The notes under the pieces were generated by a model that was not told where the DNA came from, made no database searches, and was given only the letters and a program-made list of their open reading frames with translations. Source: Thalia democratica (taxonomy: Eukaryota). Taken from it: DNA of 64,000 nucleotides. Positions 13,701 to 25,700 of the stretch are shown here, piece by piece. The stretch spans positions 24,986,001-25,050,000 of the forward strand of contig OZ241829.1 of assembly GCA_965202585.1 (NCBI GenBank), in the 5' to 3' direction. Numbering within the stretch: the stretch's first letter is position 1; every line of letters starts with the position of its first letter. The position numbers were made by a program, and so were the translations under genes.

Positions 13701-16700
13701 GTTAATCTTTGCTTCACTCTAAACGATTAAGGCATTTATAAGTTTACTGAACTGGTTGAAGTTTTTTTGTTGGTTTTTTTTCTTGTAGTCTTTATGATAC
13801 ATAAATATATTTTAGTTTCAGTTCTTTTCAAATATAAATTCTATTTCAAACTTACTGAGTAACTGTTATAATTCTAGTCATAACTACGATTTCATAAGGC
13901 ACCTTGAAAATAAACTTTTGGCGTCAATGCCAAGAAAAGCAAGCATTTAAATCTGAAAGTTTTTAAAAAAATTTTCCAACTCATCAAAATTTTTAATTTT
14001 CTCGTTCGTACTAAGTGCATCGTACTAAGTTCGTTCGTACTAAGTTCAATCCAATAACCATAAAAAATATTTTTCAAAAACAGAAAAACTGAAAACGTTT
14101 ATAAACAAACAATCAATCTATTTGTTTCAAACAAGCTCATTTATAAGTGGTGATTCATTGACAAAAACACAAAACCCACCAAAGTGGGTGGCGAGCATTG
14201 AGTGACCGAAGCTTCTTTGGTGGCAAGAAGCGAAACTAGAAGTTTAAGTAAACAAACACGAGGGGAGTTAGCAACAAAAAGCGAGGGGGGCTCGAAGGCT
14301 GCCACGGCAACCGGAGAAAGCGGGTGATTGATGGAAAGACCTGAAGCGAAGCGTGTCAAGGTTTGAGAAGTGCAGAGTTTCAATATTTGCTTTCACATGG
14401 CCCAAGCAAAAAGCCGAAGGTGCTAGCAAGTCATCTTTGGTTGCATTTTTTCTGTCTGCGATGCAAGACCACCTATCAAGGGTGTTAATTTTTAATTTCC
14501 AGCTGTTAGAAAACTTTTTGCAGCTAATGGGAGTGGGAGTTTTCAATTAAGTGTTTGAGGTTTTATTGAAAAAGGATGAAGTTACCTGCAAGCCGATTTC
14601 AAGTAATTTATCTACGTGGGTAAAGTTACCGAAAAATAATAAAAGTACTTAGCTAAATGGATTGAGTTACAAGCAAAGGTTTAGTTACTTATAGGATATA
14701 TGAGGTTAATTGCTTAAAAACAAAAAACAATTTATTTGCATTATGGTCGTTTTACTTGCATAATATTAATAACTTTATTTTTTTTGCATCAGTTTTGTGT
14801 TTACAGTGCTGTCTTGAATTTTTGTCTTTGTAAGCTTCTTGGTTAAACACCAAAATATCTTGTAATTTAACCTGCAGACAGTTTTATAAAGGACCAATAA
14901 AAATGGTTTTTTACAAGTAAACAACTATAGTTGTACAATACTTTACTACACAATATACTTAAAAAGAACATTTTTGCTATAACTAAAGTATGTTAGAATT
15001 ATGCTACATTTTTAGACTTATGTCAACCTTTTTTACATGTGGCGAATTTAAATATAGATATTGTTAAAATAAAAAAAATGTGTTGGAAAACAAATTTATT
15101 ATTTTTCAAGCTCGTTTTTTCTACGCTTGTTATGAAACTGTATTAGTCAAAGTGTAAATTGTAATTTAATAAAACTTTATCCAAAATTTACAAAAACAGA
15201 AACTTTAAGTTAAAAATTCGACATTTTTTTTAAGTTAGTCATTTTATTAATCGAAACAATGTAAGACTTTATTTAAGATTTTAACTAAACAAAAGGTAGT
15301 TAAAGTTTAGTGCAAAACATTAATTCAAATAGATTAATAACAGTTTTATCACTTTTGATCAAACAATTTTTTTACAGATAGCTAAATAATATTTTTTTGC
15401 TATTTTACTGCATCTGTAAAGTTTTCATCTTCGATTAATCTGCCTGAAAAAATCCGACTCTGTTGAAAGATATGTCAAAAGAGGTGAGCTGATTTTTTTG
15501 TTTGTGTTGTGCAAAAAAATTAAAATTTAATTTAGAAGTATTTGATGAGTTTTGTACTAAACTTGTATTAAGTTTGCTGTTTTAATTTTTTCGAGTTGTT
15601 TACATAACTGAAAAAAAATTACTTAGGTTGGTCTAGAAATTTTAACAGTCTTATTTAATCTTTTTTTGTCAGCAACCGTTAAAATATACTTATAAAACAT
15701 TTCTAATGTTGAAGTGAAAGTTAATTTCATACTCGATTGATACTAACATTTATTAAGTATATTAATTAACAGGCTTATGTATAAACTATCGTGTTACCCA
15801 TAAACATTTTTGTTTTCACTACAAGTATCTAAATACGTAAATGATTAATTGAACTTCGCATGGAGGCAATAATCCCGGCAACGACAAACAACCACGTATT
15901 AGCGAAAGTTGCAACAAGAGTTGTCGGTCACTTTGTGAGGCTGCTGTGTATTACTTCAAGCATATGTATTTCACAGCGGCGGCTAAAATCAATACCCAAC
16001 ATTGCATATGTCAAAGCTAAAATTATCAGCAGCGTTTTCAACTCTCGTGTTGTTTTTTTGTGAAAGGGCGTTAATTTGCAAAAACGTGTTCTTTGCGAGT
16101 TATCGCGGGATCGCATCTTTTGATAAAGTATGACAAAAATAAAAGCAAGCGGACGTGAGCATACGAGTTAAATTTGCTTTCAAACCGCGGGCTTCTAGCT
16201 CATTGCCAAACAGTATCAATAATAATCAATGCAAAAAAAGTTGATTCTTTCTTAAGCGTGTAAACTGCAAAAGTTTTAAAAAATGCCCAGCACGCAGTTT
16301 CCTGCCAAATACTTTAACAGTTCGCCTAAAACTTGTTGGCTTGTTTTAAAGGGAAGCAGCTAAACTGCACAAGCTGCTAATCCAATCAACCGCAAACAAA
16401 AACTCCACGTAAGCCGCGCGATGACGAGGAAAAATCCCTTCGATTGCAAACGACTTTTCACTTTCGAGCCGACGCGCTCCAGCGACTTCATCGATGTGAC
16501 GTCACAATCCGCCGCTGATGAGAAGAGCGGTCGCGCACAAGGCGGTCGAGCGAAAAGAGTCCGCGGGCAACCGACGGAAATAGCAAGCGGACAGGTAGCG
16601 ACGGACCACCGGAGCAGAAGTTCTGAGGGCGATTTTTTGTTTGTTGCGTCACAGTGGCGTGGTGTGTGGCCTTTTGAAGATTTTCGAGTTTTCGCAACTT

Positions 16701-19700
16701 TTCATTTAGATTGACACCTGTGATAATCAGAAATTGTAACGTCTCTTGTTTTCTATTTGTCAATGTGTGGGGTCCGCGAGTCGAAAAATCCTTATAAGTT
16801 TAAAAGTAAACTGTAGAAAGGTTTATAAAAAAGTAGTGTAACTTTTTTCACTGTCTGTCAAAAGTCTAGCTAAAAAAATTATTGAAATTCTTTTTTTCGA
16901 CTGTTTGTGCTTTATGTGAGGTCAATTCACATAAAGTGATAAAAGTATAAAATTGTGAAGCAAAACTTACTTTATTTTGGTTGTCTGTAATTTTTCATTG
17001 AAGTTTTACATTTTACAACAAAAAAAATTTTTAATTTCAAACTGTGATTCAAAACTTTATGTTGTATTTAAGCTTTTCTGTTGGTAACAAAATAAGAACA
17101 AATATTTTTAGAAGATTTACAACAACAAAGCATATTGTTTTTATACTTTAATTCTAGATACATGTTTACTTATGTTGTCAGTTTAACAAAATAACAAAGT
17201 ACAATAGCTCTATCTAGCGATTTTTTTTATAGCTTTCAAAATATTATTAAAAAAAATTATTAATTTCCGAACATATTGAAAACTTCTAGTATTTAGTCAA
17301 AAACTTTGATCTATTTAAGATTTTTTTTTGTAAAATAGTTAGAACACTTTACATGATTTTTTTAGGTTATTAATTTAAAATATTTTTCACTTGAAAGGTT
17401 TACGCATTCGGCGCAAAAATAAAATTCAACGTTTGCCGTTGAAATTTGTTGAGAAAAAGCAATTTTGCCGCCAAAGTCGCCCTCGAGAGCTTTCTTCTCG
17501 TTTTCTCTCGAAATGCTGTCGGTTTGGCAGAAGTGCGCTAAACATTCGTAGCTGGTGTGGGCCCAACAAGCAACTTAGATTAATTCTAAAAAACTGAGAT
17601 ATGGTGCCGTGTTTGAATTTAATACAATTTAGAATAAGCTGCAACTGAATAGACTGTTAAACAACTTTGAAATTCTAATGTATTGAGAGTTTTTAGTTGT
17701 GTACACTTTTAAGCTTTGTCTAGGTTGAGAGTTTGTTTGAAACGTTTAAAACCTTTTATTTATAAATGTAGTTTAAAAGTGTTTTTGTTTATTTTAAACG
17801 GAACCGTGGATTTGAGGTAAAAACACTAGTTAATTTACTTGTTATAGTTTTGAAGTTGTTATAGTAACACTTTAAAGTTAAAAACTTCAGTGAGTTCAAA
17901 CGACAAGTTTTTTTAATGTATACGTTAGAAAAAAAAGTGTTATTATTTTTGTTTAAAAGGTTTAAGATTGATTGATTTGTTAGTCTTTTCTAAATTACGA
18001 AACTTCATTTTTTTTTTAAATTAGTTTGAGTATTCATAATAGTGTGTAGAGTTTCAACAGCTCAAATTTTACAGTTAACTATAAAAACTTGTTAGTTATA
18101 CAACCAAAGTCTTTAAAAAACAAGATGCATAAGTATTTTACACGATACGCATAAAAAGTAAAACTTGTCTACGAGTAAATGAAACAGGAAACAGTTTTTC
18201 ATTAATTAAATTTTCTTTTATTAAACAAATTAATTTTTTCATCAAAATGTAAACTAATACACAAATTTTATTTGATACTTTTTACCACAAAGTGCTTAGT
18301 AGGATTACTATTAAATTTCATTATACTTGAGTTTTGAACAATCTAGAACAACCTGTTGTGCTTGACAGGTTTTAAGTAAAAATTTTTGCAAACTTTTTTT
18401 ATTTCAACTGTTGCCAGCTCGATCTCGTACCTGCGACAAACGGACAAATTGGATCATTGCAAAATGGCGACGACCGCTTGCGTTAGTGCCAATGTCAATC
18501 AGTCAGACACTTAGCATAAATGGCATTAGTATATAATCATGTGTATATACATAATATACCGCCTTGTTTTAATTTAGTTGAAAGTTCTAGATACTTTATA
18601 AATAAAGCATAGCACAATATGTCTATGTGCTCTAATTAAATTTTAAATTAGCTTAATTAATTTTTATTTGGTGATTGAGCTAGTTTGCAGGGCTTGAATA
18701 AACTTATATACATATATAAAGTATTTGAATAATTTTATATTTTAAAATTGTAACTTTTAAGTGTTTGGATGCAACTAAAGTATTGTAAAGACTAAATAAA
18801 TAAATTGTAAATAAAAAAGGAAATTTTTTGAACAACTTTTATTAGTTTAATGTAATAAAAACTGATTTCGTTTCAACTTACTTCTTCAACAAAGCTAATT
18901 TAAAACAAAATTTCCAAACTAAAATATTTTTTAAACTGATTACTTTTTTGTGAATACCAAAGTACTTAAATTGAAAATAAAAATAAAAATAAAAATAACA
19001 AATTTTTCAATGTAAAAACTAACTAAAGCTCACTAGAAACTTAATTATAAATTAATTTACTTATTTTCATTTATAGAAAAAAACATTTAAACAAACAGCA
19101 ATTCGACGACGGAATGACCAGATACAACTCGCAGCTCTCTCAAAACGGGGGAATCCCAAGTGACGCAAACCCGGGGATGTACCCGGGCGGGGACATGGGC
19201 ATGCAGCCCGGTGGTCACCACGGCAACCAGGCCCCTTTGACCCCTTCGGGGGCGAGCTCGGGTGGGACGCAGGGGAGCCACTACAACCACCAGGTACCCG
19301 ACATCGGGACGCCCGGGATGCCGGGGGAGGACGTCAGGATTCCGCAGGAGCAGGACCTGAAGATGAACGCTCACAAGGAGGCCATTTACAAGTTGGTTGA
19401 AAATTTTCACAAATTTGTTTTTTTAAGGTTGTATTTCGTTATCAAAAGCAATTGCAATCTGGTTTTAGAGTCGCATATCTAAAACACAAGTTTTAATGTT
19501 TTGTTAAAGTTTAATTAAGTTATAAACTAAACTTCATGTTTACACAATTTTTAAACATAGTCAAACAAACTGTACTTATACTTTCTATAAACTGAAAAAA
19601 AAAATCTTTTCAGCTATAAAAGTTTTCTCTCAGCTATTGCAATACTGCACTTTCTATATTAAAAAGCTTTTTTGGCTCGCATTCGTTGCATGGGCTGTCT

Positions 19701-22700
19701 TTATTAATTATTTAAATATTAATGAGGCGTCCCTTAAAACCCGCTGCTTCGCGCCGTTCCGTAGTCAAGGCCACCTGGGACACTCTCGTTGCTAAGCAAA
19801 AAGGGGGGATGGGACAATATTTGTTATGGATATGTAAGCGAAGATAAGAAACTCTTTCGGAAAAGGTCATGATTTTTATGAAGTTAACTTTTTAAAATCT
19901 GCCAACTTGGCTCGAAGGCTGTCTCTATAAAATTTGAAACTATTTTTAACGGTTACTTTAAACTACTAAGTAGTTGTTTTTAACCACATTTTTAAAACAA
20001 GGGTTTAATAGAAATTACTTTAATTGAAAAGATATAAAACATAAACACTTTTGATCTAGTCTAGGTTGTTAAAAAGTTCATGCTTACTTAGACTTTAAGC
20101 GGTTAGTAAATGTTTAACAAAAAATGTTTTGTTATGAAGTGCATTAAGTTAATCTAAATATGCTAATTTTAGAACGCTTAAAACTTAAATAACTGATCAA
20201 TTAAAATTCTAAATTAACAAATGACACTTTGTTTGAACGAAAATGATATTATATAAATTTCAAGGTAAATTAGCAAAAGGTTTTCATCCTTTGTTTTGAT
20301 AATCGAAGTTGTTTTACATTTGTCACATTTAAAAGCAGCTACATAAATGCAGCGAATCTGCACAAAAAGGCAGGAAATACATATTCAAGTCGAACAGGCT
20401 CAATGAAATAGAGATAAAAAGTAAAATCTTTCTGGCTCTTTTATCAAACTCTCTGCTTTTTGCTGCACGCAAAGATCAATAAATGATAAAATACTCGACT
20501 CGCATGCTTCTATGCAGTTGGGTGTATGAGTCTTTATTTTTCTTTTTCGCTCACAGATGCGTGTACACATGGAAAATGTCAATTTCATAACATCACTGCG
20601 ATCAGTGCTGTTTTGAACAGAATAAATTGAAATTAGGGCTTGAAAATGTTCAGTGCACTGGAAATATGCAGTGCAAGTGTGGGGTTTAAAAATTAATTAT
20701 GTGTTGTTTTGTATGTTCCATTACTTTTTATACTAACACTTTAAAGTTTGTAGCAGTTTATCTAAGAAACACAGGAAACATACGCGAAAGTAAAACTTCA
20801 AAATAAAAAGTAGATATAAAGCTTATATATAAAGTTTTAGTGACGTAGTGATTTTAATAATTGTATGTTTATATTTAGTTGCAGACAAAATCTAGCTTAG
20901 TTTTATAACAAATTCTGAATCTTGTTATGTAAAATATTTTGAAAAACAACTAACTTTGAAAACAGCATATAAAACTGAAATTAATTTATAAATTTTATAA
21001 TAACAATTATGAACTATTTTTGTATCTTTTTACTGAGAGATTAAAAGTTGTTTGTCAATGATTTTCAAAACTAGTTTTATAATTATTAACATATATTTTC
21101 ATATATGTTGATGCCAACTACTATACAATCATACTACATTCAGTAAAATATTTCTAGTAAGAAAATGTCTTTCTATGTCTTTAGAAAAATATGCAGAAAG
21201 TGGATAAAATTATCTGTTTTATCTTTGAAAATATTTTAGCATGTGTATATACAATGAAAGTTTAACAACATTTTAAAAACTTCTGAAAAAACAAAACTTA
21301 GGGATTAAGATGAATATAATATTTTAAACAAATGTAGAATAACTCCAAAATATACTTAACTCAAACCTTAATTAGATAAAACTTTATTGAAACTTTTTGA
21401 CTGAACCGTTATCCTGTGAAAAGTTTTGTTTTACCTTTTTTTTTTCACCGATCTATGACACTTTTGAAGCAATCGATCACATCTTCAGCCAAGTTTCCTT
21501 ACTTCACCTCCATTCCAAGCGTTTTAAGAGTTTGAACTTCTTGGGTCTCAAACTGTTGTCTGATTCAACGATTGTTCCACGATTATTTTTCTTCAACCGG
21601 TCACGTCCTGATGTCTTGTCGGATCAGCGAGGAAAACTGATCTGTGACGTCACTTAAGGTTTTGAAAAGCGAGTAATTAGTTGCAAGATCGTAATCTCCT
21701 ACAAATTCCCTTTACTCTTTCAAGACTTAAAAATCTACAAAGTTTTAACCACGTAGCATAATCTAATATTTAAAGCTAAAAAATATATTTTTAGAATAAC
21801 TCAATTTCTTACTTTTTCGAGAAAAATGTATACAAAACAGCTTAAAAATAATAACAACTTGTAATACTTTTCAAGCAATTTTTTGACAACAAAATGATCA
21901 ACAATTTTAAAGCCTATTACAAAAATAGTTAAATAGAAAAGGTTTTTAAAAGTTCAAACAATTTTCACTTGCTGACCTTTTGTAGCATGCGTTGTTTAAA
22001 TTATTTTTAAATACAGTTTAACCACGATTTCTGATTGTTTCTAAATAGAAAGCTCCACCGCATACGGTTCAGACTTTTTGTCTACACAATTAAGTTGACC
22101 ACAAGCTTTTTAATTGTTTAAACCGTCGATTTACTTTTAACTACATGGTTTTAAGTTAAAACTTGATAAACGAATAAACGCCATGCAATGTATTTATTTT
22201 ATTTATTTTACACGCGTAATTAAATCTTCAGCCCTGATTTGTAATTTAGATGTGTATTGTTTCTCTTAACATTATTTTATGTGGCACGCGTAATTGATTT
22301 TATTGTCTCGTGTTAATTCAATGCAAACGAGTGTTAATTCTATTGTGAAGTAGTAAACTTGATCCTTTTTTTTCGCTTTAATTTTAATAGCTAAAAGTAT
22401 TTATTCACTTTGAAATTTTTATGTTTTGTAATTGATTTTTTTTACCAATTTTGTTTGTAATTTATGCTTCAACACTTCCGAGTTGCAAATTATTGTAACT
22501 AATGATACCTTCAGAAAATAAGTTCGTTGAACTTATTACTTTCTTTAACTAGTATAACTATTTGTTATTATAAATAAAAATGGTAAGAACCATTAAAAAA
22601 ATCAGTCACAGTCTTATACAACCACTTAGAATAGATCTTTCGTTTATTAAAAAACAAACATTTTCAATTCTGTAGAAAACAAAAAAATATACTAGCAACT

Positions 22701-25700
22701 AGAGAAAGTAAATTAAATATTTTAGCAAAATTTAAAATAAAAATTTTGCTAAAATATTTAATTTACTTTCTCTAGTTGCTAGTATATATTTTTTTTTTTT
22801 TTGTTTTCTACAGAATTGAAAATGTTTGTTTTTTAATAAACGAAAGATCTATTCTAAGTGGTTGTATAAGACTGTGACTGATTTTTTTAATGGTTCTTAC
22901 CATTTTTATTTATATTTATCTAAAATTCAATCCTGTCCGGTCTTTAAAATCAAAAGAGGAAGACTACCTTCATCACATTTTAATTTCTATTTGTTATTAG
23001 TAACCGTTTTTCTGAAACTAATAAAAATCCAACGAAGATATGCATTGTGCTAATATTGCCCTGAACATCTAAAAACTGTGCATGCGGGATGCAAATGTAA
23101 TTATTAATTTCATCAGCACCCATTTCTTGGCCGCTCTTTAATTGCCGCCTCAGGTGGGCTCACGGTGCCTCAATGAAGCGCTAATAAAGCACCTGGTTAC
23201 CTCCGAGGCTGCTCAAAGTTTCATTAGAAAAAGTTGAAAAAAACTTGTACCTTGAACTTTTATCAAATCATATTGAGATTGAAACATATTTTTATTAGTT
23301 TAAAAAGTGTTGATGTGAAAAGCTAGGTTCTTGTTGTAAGAATATTATATTCTTGAAACCAATTTGAACTGTGTTTTAAGCGAAGATTTAAAGTTACTAT
23401 CAAATTTTAACTCGTCTAAAGAATTCAGACATGCTTCTTCAAACGTTTCAGGGATTCTATCTTTTTCGTGTTTACTCACCGCTCATAAGCTCCTTATCTC
23501 CAATGGACCGTGAAATCTTGACGTCCAGTCAGATCTACCTCCTTCAGTTTATCTTCATCAAACAAACGCTTCGTTGACAGTGATCCTCATTTTTTAAAAA
23601 GTCAAAATAAAATTGTGGTTGCTTTGTGGTTAACACTAGAAAACATCAGCGCAAAAATCTAAAAGTTTTAGTAAAATTTTGTTTTATACTGTGACAAAAT
23701 ATAAAAAGCGGTTTACATCTAGACAAAAAGAGGCAAACAATTACTGTTCGTTAACCCAACTAACTTTGTTTTAAGTAAAATAGGCTTCAAGCACACCAGC
23801 TGTAATCCCCAAAAACTTACTCACTCATCTTTGCTTGTCCTTTTCTAGCAGAGCGCGCGTATTACAAGCTTCAAAAAGTTTTAAAGTGGAATTTTCTGCC
23901 CAAGTTGTTAGACTTAAAAGATTTACGCACGATTTGCATCAATTAGAAGTTTCCTCGGAAAAAACAGAAAGGATTTTACTCGAAGCAAAAAAAAAACGTT
24001 TTTGTTCCATTGAAACTGCTTTACACAACTTAAAAACAACTGAGAACGAACGAGAAATATTTTCTGAGAAAAGTCTACAAACATGGTGTTTACATCTGTA
24101 TCACATGACCAAAAACAAAATGTTTTATTTATTTTTTATTCTGTGTTAATGAAGGCTTGGTTAGTTTGGTCAAGTTTAATTTTTTTGGTTATGAGCCGTA
24201 CAAAGATATTATCTACTTATGAGTTATGGTACCCTTGTTATTAACTTTTAAGAGTGTTTTTATGGCGTTTAAGCCTTGAGAAAATCATGTAATCGAACAC
24301 AAACACCGTTTCACTCATGCATAATTAAAAAGTTCAACACCCAGTGCAGTGTGTCATACAAAGACTACTGTGAAGCGCGAAAGTTTTGAAAATAAATGCG
24401 CGCATTGCAATTCAAAGAGCGAGCTCGTTTTCGAAATTACACGCCATTCTTAAACCATAACACGCAAACAAGCGAACTAATGTGTGTATCACTGCAACTT
24501 AACTGCAAACACCGCCGCGGTTCCAATTGACGCCACGGCAAAACAACACGACGAAAATTATGTTTGTAGCCTCAACACACAACAGGCAGCCTGTTTTATA
24601 TGCACAATATGCAGCGTGCATGTGTGAGCTGGTAGTGAGCTGCATTAATCGATTGCTCACTGAAAATCCGCAACAATTTTTTTCTATCACTTTTGCACAC
24701 ACAATTTGCTAAGCAATTAGTTTCTGACTGTCACACAACATTGTTAGCTGGAACTGCAATTACATGATTTAAATGCCGTTTCTGAGTAGAGCGCTCCAAA
24801 TCCGTGTCATAATTCGATGCTTTTCGAGCTTCAAACGGCTCGTATTTCAAAATCACGACTGAAATGGGAGATGGTTTTGAGCGGCAGTCAATTCAACTGC
24901 TGTCACCTACCACGTGGTACAAGTTTTTTGATGCACACTTTGTAACTTGTTTGCACTTGTGAAAGCTTTGTGTTAATAGTTTTTGTTTGCCGTTTAAACT
25001 TTCAAAACCAGTTTTTTAAAGTGTTAACAAAACATTTTATAGCAAAGTTTGTTATGATGCATTTTTAAGTTAATATCACGTTATGCCATACATATTCATA
25101 ATTCTTTTTAAACCTAATACACAAAGTACGCGAACAAAAAGTACAAGTTTTAAAGCAGAAGCATTAGCCATTGTTTTTCATTTATTCTTTTTTTGGTATA
25201 ACAATATATATTTATACATATATGTATACTTTTAATAAGTGTAAAATCAGTACACTTTAATTAAGTACTTTAGCCTTTGAACGTTTCTAGCAGAAATTTT
25301 AAGTTTGTCAAATAAAAGTTTTAATTAAATAAAAGTTGAAATAGAAACCAGCAAGTAAAACAGGATGTAGATACGACTAACACGAATTAAGTATCGACTT
25401 TCAATAAACAGGAAACTAAATTTGTTGCTACTGTAAAACGGCCATCAATAACTTGTTACAGCAATCTGTTATACTATTTTTAACTTTGTGACTCGTGTTT
25501 TAATTCATGCAATTTTTTTTTTGGTGTAAAACTTATCAATTTTCTTAAAATATTTTAGAGAAAAACCACAAAAATATTAGAACAAATAAATTTAAAGCTT
25601 AAATTGTTTACTTTTTTTATTAAGTTACTTTGATACACAGGTAAAAGTTTTGTTATATACATTGAATATATTTTTAAGAGTCAATAATTAAAAATTTATT

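Noticed and set aside
16515-16570. CTGATGAG...CGAAA, a second hammerhead-like core
   Set aside because: Stem II, stem III and stem I do not pair.
726-17644. 60-105 aa ORFs upstream of Meis and in intron 1
   Set aside because: Many use non-ATG starts. They have Phe/Lys/Leu-rich compositions typical of AT-rich noise, no exon chains and no recognisable domains.
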